This document shows positions 1-8,900 of a stretch of 32,000 nt of DNA, one piece after another; the stretch's first letter is position 1; every line of letters starts with the position of its first letter. The stretch comes from Kineococcus radiotolerans SRS30216 = ATCC BAA-149 (GTDB lineage: Bacteria; Actinomycetota; Actinomycetes; Actinomycetales; Kineococcaceae). The notes under the pieces were generated by a model. The model searched no databases and was not told the origin of the DNA. It worked only from the letters and a program-made list of their open reading frames with translations. The stretch spans positions 4,729,184 through 4,761,183 of the forward strand of contig NC_009664.2 of NCBI RefSeq assembly GCF_000017305.1, written 5' to 3'. The position numbers were made by a program, and so were the translations under genes.

Positions 1-201
1 TTCGGTACCGGCCGGCCATCCGGTGAACTGGAGGGTGACGGCGTCCTGGGTTGAGGTCTCCTCGGTCCACTGGAACGCGCGCCCGGCCACGCTGTACCCG
101 GCCACGCTGTACTCGGCCACGTCGAGCAGATCAGCAGAGCCCCCAGCGCACCCCACCGGCGAAGCAAGAACGCCCCGTCGGGGTCCGCGGGTGTCGCTCA
201 T
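1..201 (-). CDS. hypothetical protein, 5' part only (runs off the left edge of the window)
   Basis: ATG at 199-201 overlaps the TGA (198-200) of the upstream minus-strand gene (ATGA coupling). The frame stays open for all 67 codons to position 1, mostly with G/C third positions (MSDTRGPRRGVLASPVGCAGG...VAEYSVAGYSVAG...TLQFTGWPAGTE). It is absent from the ORF track because no stop lies inside the window. Confidence 0.4.
   Translation of the reverse strand, partial: MSDTRGPRRGVLASPVGCAGGSADLLDVAEYSVAGYSVAGRAFQWTEETSTQDAVTLQFTGWPAGTE
85..121. repeat. 15-bp tandem repeat GGCCACGCTGTAC(C/T)C, 2.5 copies, in frame in the partial CDS (VA(E/G)YS units)
   Basis: Read directly: 85-99, 100-114 and partial copy 115-121. 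Confidence 0.85.
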
Positions 202-1271
202 CGTCCTTCGGCGGCCGGGAGCCCGCTGGCACGCAGGTCAGCGACCGCGGCCGTCAGCAAGGTGGTCAGTTCGCTGACCGCGTCCTGCGCGGGGTGCAGC
301 ACGGTGATGCCGACGATGAGGTCCCCGACGCGGGCGGCGCCGGAGACGAAGGGCAGTCCGTTGCTGTCGGTGTGCGCGGCCCAGGTCTGGTCGGCTCCGG
401 CGACGGTGATGGCGAAGGGTGTGGTCGGGTCGGTGAACCGGCAGACACCGGTGTTGGCGACGAGGGCGTCGAAGGCGATCGGTCCCCCGCCGGTGGCCCG
501 GCCGGTGACGACCAGGTCCACGCTGGCCTGGTTCGGCCAGCGCTGGATCTCGTTCCACCAGGTGATTTGCCGCCCGGCCACCATCGGTGGGTCGAAGGGC
601 CGTGAACTGCAGGCCTGCCCCATCACCGTCGGGCTCTTGGGGTACTGCCCGCGGTCGCCGAGGACCACTAGTCCGGCAGGCAGGGCTGCCCGGGTCCGTG
701 TCATGTCGGGGATGTCGTAGGCGACGGGGACGTCCGGGTTGGCCAGCCCCACCGAGGAACCGGCTGTCGAGTCGACCGAAGGGGTGCTGGCTGGTGACTT
801 GCTGAGGGTGGAAGTCCCCGCCGCCGTCTGCGCCGGAGTCTGCGCCGCGGTTGGTGCCGGGGTCTGGGTCGGGGTTCCGGTAGGTGTGGGCGTCAGCGAG
901 GCCGCCGGGACGGTGCGCACGCTGGGCTCGGCGCTCCAGTGCAACCCTAGGGGGAGGGCGATGACAGCGGCCAGGGTGAAGGCGCCTGCGACGGCACGGG
1001 TGCGTCGGCGGTGCTGGATGCGTCGGCGCAGCTGGTGGCGGGTGCCGGCGTGCAGGCTGGCCTCGTCAATGCGGCCGGCGTGGAGCTCCTCGTGCAGGGC
1101 GCTCTGCAGGTGGTGCTGCAGCTGGAGTAGGTCGTCGAGGTCAGCAAGCTCATCGTGGTCGGTGTCGGGGCGGTCGGTGTCGGCGCGGTCGGTGTTGGGG
1201 CGGTCGGTGTCGAGGTGGTCGGCGTCGTCCTCGCCGGGGGTGGGGTGCTGGTCACGAGGTCGCTGGGTCAT
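198..1271 (-). CDS. putative anti-sigma factor / single-pass membrane protein co-transcribed with the ECF sigma factor
   Basis: 357-aa ORF. Its ATG (1269-1271) overlaps the sigma-factor stop (ATGA). It has an acidic N-terminus with TDRP-type pentapeptide repeats and one hydrophobic helix (AVAGAFTLAAVIALPLGL). A Thr/Pro-rich linker and a roughly 190-aa C-terminal domain follow. Its position directly downstream of an ECF sigma gene is typical of anti-sigma factors. No HxxxCxxC zinc motif was seen, so the function is inferred from context only. Confidence 0.65.
   Translation of the reverse strand: MTQRPRDQHPTPGEDDADHLDTDRPNTDRADTDRPDTDHDELADLDDLLQLQHHLQSALHEELHAGRIDEASLHAGTRHQLRRRIQHRRRTRAVAGAFTLAAVIALPLGLHWSAEPSVRTVPAASLTPTPTGTPTQTPAPTAAQTPAQTAAGTSTLSKSPASTPSVDSTAGSSVGLANPDVPVAYDIPDMTRTRAALPAGLVVLGDRGQYPKSPTVMGQACSSRPFDPPMVAGRQITWWNEIQRWPNQASVDLVVTGRATGGGPIAFDALVANTGVCRFTDPTTPFAITVAGADQTWAAHTDSNGLPFVSGAARVGDLIVGITVLHPAQDAVSELTTLLTAAVADLRASGLPAAEGR
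1157..1231. repeat. 15-bp tandem repeat GGTCGGTGTCGGGGC, about 5 copies, in frame in the anti-sigma-like CDS
   Basis: Units at 1157-1171, 1172-1186, 1187-1201, 1202-1216 and 1217-1231, with 1-4 substitutions each. They encode DTDRP/NTDRA/DTDRP/DTDHD. Confidence 0.85.
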
Positions 1272-1837
1272 CGGGACTCCTTCGCGGCGTCGGTGTTGTG
1301 GTCCAGGAGGCGACGCAGGTTGCGCAGGCCGCGGTAGGCGTGGCTGCGGACGGTGGCTTGGGAGCAGTGCAGGAGGTTGGCGATCTCGGCGTCGGGCAGG
1401 CCTTCGTACAGGCGCAGGACGAGGGTGGCCCGTTGCGCGTCGGGTAGGCGGCGCAGCAACGTGAGGTAGTGCTGCCGGTCGCCGTAGCCGGCGCTGTCAT
1501 CGAGGAGGGGAGCATCGGGCAGGTCGGCGGGGTCGCTGACCTGCTCGCGGCGCCAGGGGCGGCGGTGGTGGGAGACGACGGCGTTGACGACCATGCGGTT
1601 CAAGTAGGCCGAGGGGTCTTCGACGGCCTGGATGCGTGACCACTTCAGGACGCAGCGGGCCAGGACGTCCTGGACGACGTCCTCAGCTTGGTGGGGGTCT
1701 TTGAGCAGGCCGCGGGCGAGGCGGACCATCTCGGGGCCCTTCCAGGTGACCAGGGAGTCCAGGTCCCAGACCCCGGCTTGTGCCGGTTCAGGGCGCGAGG
1801 AGGCGTCGGCTCCGGCGGGACCTTGCGAACGTCTCAC
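1268..1837 (-). CDS. ECF-type (sigma-70 family, group 4) RNA polymerase sigma factor
   Basis: 189-aa ORF. Region-2-like segment: AEDVVQDVLARCVLKWSRI...PSAYLNRMVVNAVVSHHRRPW. Region-4 HTH: LPDAQRATLVLRLYEGLPDAEIANLLHCSQATVRSHAYRGLRNLRRLL. GTG start at 1835-1837 is preceded by AGGAGA. Confidence 0.9.
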   Translation of the reverse strand: MRRSQGPAGADASSRPEPAQAGVWDLDSLVTWKGPEMVRLARGLLKDPHQAEDVVQDVLARCVLKWSRIQAVEDPSAYLNRMVVNAVVSHHRRPWRREQVSDPADLPDAPLLDDSAGYGDRQHYLTLLRRLPDAQRATLVLRLYEGLPDAEIANLLHCSQATVRSHAYRGLRNLRRLLDHNTDAAKESR

Positions 1838-2000
1838 ACTCTCCTAACGCTGCCCGGAAGCGGGCTGTTGCGGTTGGAAGGACTTCGTTTTGACGTCACT
1901 TCCGCTGTCGACTTCCGGCACCCCTGGGTCATCGACAAGACCGCGACGTCGCCGGCCGCCAGCGACAGCGCACAACGCGGGATGACCGTGAAGTCGTAGA

Positions 2001-2058
2001 CCGGACGTGACCGCGCCCGGACGTGACCGCGCCCGGACGCGACCAGGCCGGACGTCGC
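2001..2058. repeat. 16-bp tandem repeat CCGGACGTGACCGCGC, 2 perfect + 1.6 degenerate copies, intergenic
   Basis: 2001-2016 and 2017-2032 are identical. 2033-2048 (CCGGACGCGACCAGGC) and 2049-2058 are degenerate. The array lies between the glyoxalase-gene stop (2081) and the sigma-gene start (1837). Confidence 0.85.
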
Positions 2059-2080
2059 TCCTCGCTCCGCCGCCTGGCTC

Positions 2081-2662
2081 TCAGCTGCCGTCTGGCTGGC
2101 AGAAGCGCAGGACGTTGCCGTAGGGGTCGATGACCTCCATGGTTGGCCCGCCGGGGAACTCGAGGTCCACGCCTGGTCGCAAGGGCGCGGCGGAGTGGGA
2201 GTGCAGCTCCGTGTGCAGGGCGTGGACGTCGGCCACCGCGATCCACACGACGCCGTGAGGACTGCCGTCACCGTGGTGCTCGGACAGGTGCAGGACCATC
2301 TGCCCGCGCGAGACCTGCACGTACAGCGGGAAGCCGGCCTCGAAGCGGTGTTCCCAGTCCAGGGTGAAGCCGAGGTAGTCCCGGTAGAAGCCCAACGCCA
2401 CCTCCGCGGACATCACCCGCAGCACCGGGACGCCGGGGGCGAACGCCGGCGCCTGCGCGGGCGGCTGCACGGGTGCGGGCGCGGCCGCAGTGTGCGCGCC
2501 TGCCGTGGCGGCGAGGGTGTTCCAGTCCCGGGCGCCGTGCTGGTGGGCGATGAGTTCCAGCGCCAGGGAGTGGGGGACGTCGATGCCGGCGGCGGCCAGG
2601 TCGCTGCGCAGCAGCTTGGCCAGGTCCTTGGCACGGGCAACAGGGGTTGGGGGCGGGGTCAT
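2081..2662 (-). CDS. glyoxalase/bleomycin-resistance (VOC) superfamily protein with a short helical N-terminal domain
   Basis: C-terminal VOC-type sequence: VLRVMSAEVALGFYRDYLGFTLDWEHRFEAGFPLYVQVSRGQMVLHLSEHHGDGSPHG...MEVIDPYGNVLRF. N-terminal segment: AKDLAKLLRSDLAAAGIDVPHSLALELIAHQHGARDWNTL. I chose the internal ATG at 2660-2662 (MTPPPTP...), preceded by AGGAAGG. The 66-codon upstream extension of the 259-aa ORF is Arg/Trp/Cys-rich and looks non-coding. Confidence 0.85.
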   Translation of the reverse strand: MTPPPTPVARAKDLAKLLRSDLAAAGIDVPHSLALELIAHQHGARDWNTLAATAGAHTAAAPAPVQPPAQAPAFAPGVPVLRVMSAEVALGFYRDYLGFTLDWEHRFEAGFPLYVQVSRGQMVLHLSEHHGDGSPHGVVWIAVADVHALHTELHSHSAAPLRPGVDLEFPGGPTMEVIDPYGNVLRFCQPDGS

Positions 2663-2981
2663 GGTGCGCCTTCCTGCGCGGCAGGTGCTGTGCCGGGTGC
2701 TCGCGTTGCCGGCTGCTGCCGCGTCCGGGAAGCCGCGGGAGGCTGGACCCAGCGGTGCATTCACCAGACCACCGAGGGGGCGCGAGCGGCAGGCTGCACC
2801 GAGCCACCAGCAGGGTAGCCACCGCCGCTGCGCCTGCCCAGATCGACGACCGCACAACATCCGCAGATCGACATGACCGCAAAATTGCTGGAGGCAATGG
2901 TTGCGGTAGCTGCCGCTGAGCCTTGTCGGCGCTCGGGGACTCCTGACTGCCTATGGCGGGGTAGACGCTGTGGGGCCGACG

Positions 2982-3950
2982 TCAACGGCGGCCCCTGCTC
3001 AGCTTGTGCTGCGTCTCAGGCGCACCCCGCCGGAGCCCATCCTGTTGGCCTCGTCGCTGCTGAATCTTTAACCGCTGGTGCTGCTCGCGGCGCTCACAGA
3101 AGGTCGCCAGGTGCTCGGCGGCCTTGGCCGCGGTGTCCAGCGGCAGGGCCTGGTCAGGACTCGTCGGGCCGGCCATGACCGGTCGCCAGGTGTCGCTGTC
3201 ACGGAAAGCGACGATGAGGACGCCGTCGCGGTCGACGACCTGGCTGTGGAGGTTGGGGGCGCCGGGTCCGGCGAGGACGAGGACGGGCCGGACGGGCGTG
3301 TGGATGCCGTGGCTGCGCAGCAGGGCTGCGGTCTTGGTGGCGCCTTGGCGGGCTTGGCGGAGCTTGGACTCCAAGCCGTAGGTGTCTTCCAGGCTCTGCT
3401 GGCGGCTGAAGAGGGCTTTGACTTCGAGGGCGAAGCAGCCTTTGGGGGCCAGGACGACGTGGTCGACGTCGAAGTGCTCGAAGGGGATCGCGCTGATGAC
3501 GCCGTACACGCCGTCGGTGGTGCGCAGCTCGTCCCCGACGTCGCCCTCGACGCCGCGGCCGAGCCGGGCCAGGAGGCTGCCGTCGGCCAGGGCAAGGAAG
3601 CCGGCCCAGCCGACGGCGGCGGCGCCGAGGAAGACGCCGAGGATGCCGGCCTGCAGCTGCGGGTGCTCCCGGGCGCCGTAGCTGAAGGAGACAGCCGCGA
3701 GAGCGAAGGCGGCGAGGAGCTTGGTGAGGTCACGCCAGTTAGCGCGCAGCAGGTGCCGGCGGCGTGCGCGGAGGTCCTGCTCGAGCCAGGAGGCGCGTCG
3801 GCGTCGGTAGCGAGGGTAGGGCAGGCGCAGCTGGCCGTATCCGCGGCGATCACGCAGCCATCTCACCAGCGCAGCATCGACGTGGTGCGGGCTGTGCTTG
3901 AGGTCTACACCCTCACCCGCGTCGGTCTCTCGTCCCCGCTGGTCTTTCAC
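2982..3950 (-). CDS. membrane-anchored NERD (nuclease-related domain) protein
   Basis: 322-aa ORF with GTG start. Two hydrophobic helices (LLAAFALAAVSFSY and ILGVFLGAAAVGWAGFLAL) are followed by a NERD-like core: GVEGDVGDELRTTDGVYGVISAIPFEHFDVDHVVLAPKGCFALEVKALFS...RPVLVLAG. It is transcribed divergently from the SIR2-like gene across a 95-bp gap. Confidence 0.75.
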   Translation of the reverse strand: MKDQRGRETDAGEGVDLKHSPHHVDAALVRWLRDRRGYGQLRLPYPRYRRRRASWLEQDLRARRRHLLRANWRDLTKLLAAFALAAVSFSYGAREHPQLQAGILGVFLGAAAVGWAGFLALADGSLLARLGRGVEGDVGDELRTTDGVYGVISAIPFEHFDVDHVVLAPKGCFALEVKALFSRQQSLEDTYGLESKLRQARQGATKTAALLRSHGIHTPVRPVLVLAGPGAPNLHSQVVDRDGVLIVAFRDSDTWRPVMAGPTSPDQALPLDTAAKAAEHLATFCERREQHQRLKIQQRRGQQDGLRRGAPETQHKLSRGRR

Positions 3951-4045
3951 CTACCCGGGACCTCTCGCCCGCACTGGCGCTCCGCCCCTGTACAGCGCTC
4001 GCGACAGGACGCAAACGCCCGTAGAAGTCAGCCCGTTGGGACAAG

Positions 4046-5845
4046 ATGAGACGCGTGGATGCTCATGTCTCCCTGGCCTTGGCCTTGCAGTCCGGCCCCG
4101 GCACGGTCGCTGCCTTGCTCGGGGCCGGTGCGTCGGCGTCGGCGGGGCTGCCCACGGCGTGGGAGGTGCGGCAGGAGCTGATCCGCCGGGCCGCGCTCGC
4201 TGCCGGTGAGGCGGTGCCGACCGACCCCGAAGCATGGTGGTCTGATCGCGGTGGCAGCGCAGGCTACGACGGGCTGCTGGCGGAGCTGGCGCCCACGCCG
4301 GCGGGGCGGCGCGACTTGCTGCGGGGCTTCTTCGAGCCCACCGAGGACGGGCGCGAACGGGGGGAGAAGCGTCCCGGTGCGGTGCACCACGCGCTGGCCC
4401 AGCTGGTGGTCACTGGCGCGGTGCGGGTGGTACTGACGTTGAACTTCGACCGCCTCATCGAGACCGCGCTGCGCGAGGCGGGTATCGAGCCGGTCGTCAT
4501 CGACTCTCCGGCCGCGGTGGAGGGGATGGAACCGCTGCAGCACCAGCGAGCGGTGGTGGTGCACCTGCACGGTGACTACCTCTCACCCGCGACGCTGAAC
4601 ACCCCCGAGGAGCTCAATACCTACCCGGCTGCGCTCAACGCCTTGATCGATGAGGTCTTCGACCGTTATGGCCTGCTCGTCATCGGCTGGTCAGCGACGT
4701 GGGACAACGCCCTCCGAGCGCGCCTGCAGGCCGCCCGCAGCCCCCGCTACGGCACCTGGTGGATCGACCAGTTCCCCCTAAGCGGGCACGCCCAGGACCT
4801 GGCCAGCGCCCGTCGGGCCGCGGTGGCTATCGCAGATGCGGGGGTAGAGCTGGCGCGGGTGGTCGACGCGCTGCAGGCGCTCGCGGAACAGCGCCTGCAG
4901 GATCCCGTGGGGCCGCCCGCGGCTGTGGCCTTCGCCAAGCGAGCCCTGGCCGGGGCGAATGTGGCCATTGGTTTGCATGACACCCTCAGCCGGGAGACCG
5001 ACCGGGTAGCGAACCTCGACGCTGTCCGCTCAAATGAGTTCAACGTGGGCGGTAATCAGCTGGCGGCCGTGTACGCCCGTCGTCGGGATCAGATTCTCGC
5101 CGGCACCGCCACGTTAAGCGCGCTGGTGGCTACCAGCGCTTACTGGGGAAATGAGCGCACCGATGCTTGGTGGTTACCCACCATCACCCGCTCGGTGCCA
5201 CGCGAGATCGTCGGTGGACTCACGCCGTTGATCGGCCTGCGTTTGGGAGTGGCGACGCTGCTGACCCACGCCGCCGGCATCGCTGCCACCGCCGTCCGTC
5301 GCGACGAGCTGGTTGCCCACTTGGCCGCCGGTAACCGCCTCACGTGGAATGACCAAATCCTAGAGGCGGCTGCGGTGCTGACCCCGGCGGTGTTGTGGGC
5401 AGAAGACGGCGCCGACGCCGAACTGCGCCTGCGAGAGTACTTGCGGCCGCTGCTGCAGAACCACCTCGCCCTCGGCGCCGCCGGGTATGAGCACGCGTGG
5501 GAGGACTGGGCCGCAGTGTGTTACCTCACCCGGCGGCAGGCGGGCACCACTGTGGCTGCTCCCCTCATGGTCATCGACGGCAACGAACCGTACGCGCCGG
5601 CCTTGAAGCGACTCAAAGGGCGAATCAAGGATTTACCGGAGAACACGGGCCTGTTCGCTCATGGCAATCTTGGCGGCAGGATCGGGCTGGCGTGGCCGCT
5701 CCTCGAACGCTACGAGAGTCAGGTCGCCGAGTGGGCCAAGGAGCTCGACCGGAACCACATTACTCCCTTTGGTGCCGGCATCGGAGGAGGCGTCATTCCT
5801 ACAGGGCCGCGTTACCCCGGTCGTCCTGATTTGGCGTGGCGCTGA
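4046..5845 (+). CDS. SIR2-like (SIR2_2 family) domain protein with an uncharacterised C-terminal helical domain of about 340 aa
   Basis: 599-aa ORF. N-terminal motifs: LLGAGASASAGLPTAWE (GAGxS...P.W), VVLTLNFDRLIE (Asn133, codon 4442-4444), VVVHLHGDY (His175, codon 4568-4570) and LLVIGWS. This order and spacing are typical of SIR2_2 NADase-type domains. No motif was recognised after about residue 250. Confidence 0.85.
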   Translation: MRRVDAHVSLALALQSGPGTVAALLGAGASASAGLPTAWEVRQELIRRAALAAGEAVPTDPEAWWSDRGGSAGYDGLLAELAPTPAGRRDLLRGFFEPTEDGRERGEKRPGAVHHALAQLVVTGAVRVVLTLNFDRLIETALREAGIEPVVIDSPAAVEGMEPLQHQRAVVVHLHGDYLSPATLNTPEELNTYPAALNALIDEVFDRYGLLVIGWSATWDNALRARLQAARSPRYGTWWIDQFPLSGHAQDLASARRAAVAIADAGVELARVVDALQALAEQRLQDPVGPPAAVAFAKRALAGANVAIGLHDTLSRETDRVANLDAVRSNEFNVGGNQLAAVYARRRDQILAGTATLSALVATSAYWGNERTDAWWLPTITRSVPREIVGGLTPLIGLRLGVATLLTHAAGIAATAVRRDELVAHLAAGNRLTWNDQILEAAAVLTPAVLWAEDGADAELRLREYLRPLLQNHLALGAAGYEHAWEDWAAVCYLTRRQAGTTVAAPLMVIDGNEPYAPALKRLKGRIKDLPENTGLFAHGNLGGRIGLAWPLLERYESQVAEWAKELDRNHITPFGAGIGGGVIPTGPRYPGRPDLAWR

Positions 5846-5981
5846 CGGCAGCAGGATCCGACCAGCCTGTGGAAATCAGCAGTGACTGACGCGGTGACTA
5901 GGGCCCAGATGCTGCGCCTGTAGTCGTCCTGATGCTCAACGCTTTGGTCTGCGGTGCACCTCGCACGACGTCGGACTCTGC

Positions 5982-8900
5982 TTACTGCTCCAGCTCCTTC
6001 TGGACAAGGATCGCCACTGACGACCCGCGTCGAGCGAGGTTGTCGACCAGTTGCAGTAGAGCCCGACGCAGCGATCCAGGTTCGTGCTCCTCCCGCACCA
6101 CATCTCGCAACCAGGTCTCGACGTATTGACTACGCCCCAGAATCCGAGACCCGTCGGGCCCAATCATCCTCAGGACGAGGCCCATTGCCTGGGGCGTACG
6201 TTCCAGCGCGTTGGCGGCCAGGCAGAGCAGCAGCCGGTCGACGAGGTCGGGGGACGGTTCGGACGCCGTCACCCAGCGATCGATCACGCGGGCGTACTCA
6301 TCTGGCGGCCAGGAGGCTCCGGACTGCGGTATCGGTAGTAGCGCTTCGTCCAGTTTACGTCTCGATGCTTCTTGTCGGGACCGGCGTGATGCTTCCCGTG
6401 CAGACCGCGCCGCGGGCAGCAGCTGATCAAGCAGTCTGGGCCAGACCTCGAACGACCGTTGTCCCTGCGTGGTCGACACGGCCTGGAGCGCGAGTGACTC
6501 AACGACAAAAGCCAGCTCCTCGGGGGCAGGGGTGAACGCCGTGAGATAGCGGTCGAGGATGTCGTCATTGCCGTCGAGCACCGCGGAGGAGACCCAGAGA
6601 CTGATCTGCTGACACCAGTAACGCGATCCGCGAAACCCGCGGGGGATCGCATCGGTGGGTCTACGCCTTAGGTCATACTCGACAAGCGCGGCCAGCGTTC
6701 GTCGAGCGCCCTCGCCGTGCGGGCAGTCACAACGTGCCGCCGCCCTTAGCCCGGGTAGCGCGTCCGCGGCGGTGTCGTAGTTCAACAGGGTGTCGGGATC
6801 GGTAAGCGCCTCCTCAAGAGGTTGCCTCAAACGCTTGCGGGGACGTTCTTGACCGTTCCACGGACCAACTCCTGCAGCCAGGATCCACTCAAGGTAGACG
6901 GCCATGGCGGTGGTGTGTCGTGCGTGAGTCCTCTGCTTCGTGCAGTCGGTGTCGTTCCACGCTGCGGCCAGCCCTTGCAGGAGGCGGTCTCTGACCTGGC
7001 GGGACTGACTGGCCGACAGCATCTCTACTATGGAGGTGAACTGATCCTTATCTTTGCCGCATGCATCCAGGAGGAGGTCGTCGCTGAGCAGGCGGGTGAT
7101 CGCGGTCGCGAGTGACCGGTCGGCGCCGAAGTCCCAACTCATGTCGCGGTCAGCGTCCGCGAATTTGGGCGTGTTCTCGTTCACGAGGCGGAGAAGTGTT
7201 TCCACGGCGGTGGGCAGCATCTGTAGTTCTGCCTCGCCGCCACGGGCCGCCTGCACTACGACGGCGGCCGCAGCCATCGCCAAGGTCTCGGCAGGGTTGA
7301 AGGCGATGCCGAGCTCGGAGTCGCTGCCCTCGTCGCGCACCATGGTCCCAACGGTGGTGTACAGCTGCGCTGCCGAGCCGGGCTGGTCTACTGATTCGTC
7401 GCGGATCTTCATGGCGGCGAACAGGTGGTTGGACAGCTCGAGACGGGTGCGGGCCTCACGGCCGCCGCCTTCTTCCAGTTGCTGTTGAAGATCAGAGGGC
7501 AACTCGACTGAAACCTCCAGCTGGTTCGGCTGGTTCTCGACCGGGTTGAGCCGGTAGTACTCGATCCGAAACATGGACGCGCGCCGCCGAGCGACGGCCA
7601 GCTCCGGGGAGCCCTCAGCGGGTTCACCTTGGCGAGCACGGGAGTTTGTCAAGAACCGTTCACCGGTCGCTTCGAGTTCACGGCGACGTTCCTCGTCGCC
7701 ACCTAGTACGAGCTGTATGACGACACCGTCGACCTGGGTGCTCAGCCCGGGCTCGCCGGTGTCCCACCCTGCACCACCACCGAAGATTCGGGACGTTTCC
7801 ATGTCCCAGACGTCCGGCTCTTGGAGGAAGGGGTCTAGCAGTGCACCGGAAGTCGATGGGTTAATGAGCAGGAGGGAGTACCCCACGGCTGCCAGTGCCG
7901 GACTCACACCTGCGAGCAGGACATCGTCCAGGATTTGTTCTAGAGGCCGCTTGCTCACCTGTGCAACTGCCCATCGGCGCAGCGCCATTAGAGCCGACAT
8001 GGCCGGGTAGGGCCCGGTACCAGCCCGCTGGTACCACCCCCAGGCAGAAGCGGGACCGCGATAGGTGCGGGCGTTCGACCAGTGCGGGAAGGTGAGTTCG
8101 AGAGCCAGTGGACGCTGCGGCCTGGAGAACGAAGCTTCTTCGCGTCCTCGGTGCCGGGTGGCGGCATCGACGACGGCACCCACCAGCCTCAGACCGTGGG
8201 CAGGTGAGTGGTCCAACAGGACAGCGAAGGGCCCCCAGTCGGGCCCAGTCAAACCGAAACCGCGGCGGCGTGCGGTGCGGTGCGAGTGGTCGCGGATACC
8301 GTCCTCGTCGCCTGGAACGCCCAGCCGTCGGCGGCCTCGCAGGGTGCGGCGCGGGGTCATCGGGAGCCGGCCTCGTGCACCATCCATGTCCAGCGGCCAG
8401 TCGAGGTAGTAGCAGCCAGCCAGTTCCAAGAGCAGATCGGGGTTGTCTCGGGCCAACGCGGCTGCAACGTCCGGATCTTCGATGATTGCTTCGAGGTCGT
8501 CGCCGCGTTCGACAGCTCGCTCGAGAAGCGGGCTGGCTTCGGCGGGGAGGTTCTGGCCGAGCAAGCCGAGGACGGCAAGGGCGGACTCGTAACGCTGCCC
8601 ATACGTGGCATCCCCAGCCCAGCTGACCGTCGCGGCGCACAACCGCGATGAGTCGATGCCGAAGTCGCCCGGCCGCAGGCGGTGGAGTTCCAGACTGCGG
8701 AGCCATCGTTCCGTCAGCAACACGGCGGACGCTGCCAACCCTTCCGACAACTCCGCGGCGGTAGCGATCAGCAGTCCGATCACCGGGGCAGCCAGCACGC
8801 TGTTGAGAACGAGACTGGCACCATCGAGCGTCATGCGGTCGGGCGTCGTACGGTCGGTCGTCGCGAAACGAGTCGTCACCGCGATGAGCCGCGCGACATC

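Noticed and set aside
3078-4049. 323-aa plus-strand ORF opposite the NERD gene (and similar antisense ORFs 20307..21815, 21951..23063, 15273..16160, 29458..30543 and 12206..12919)
   Set aside because: All are antisense to genes with clear family motifs. They have Gly/Asp/Glu/Val/Arg- or Pro/Arg-dominated low-information translations and no start-site support.
5846-5981. Bidirectional intrinsic terminator between the SIR2 and NTPase genes
   Set aside because: Only weak or long-range complementarity was found (a 7-bp CTGATTT/AAATCAG pair about 40 nt apart, and the palindrome GGTGCACC). There is no GC stem followed by a T-tract on either strand.
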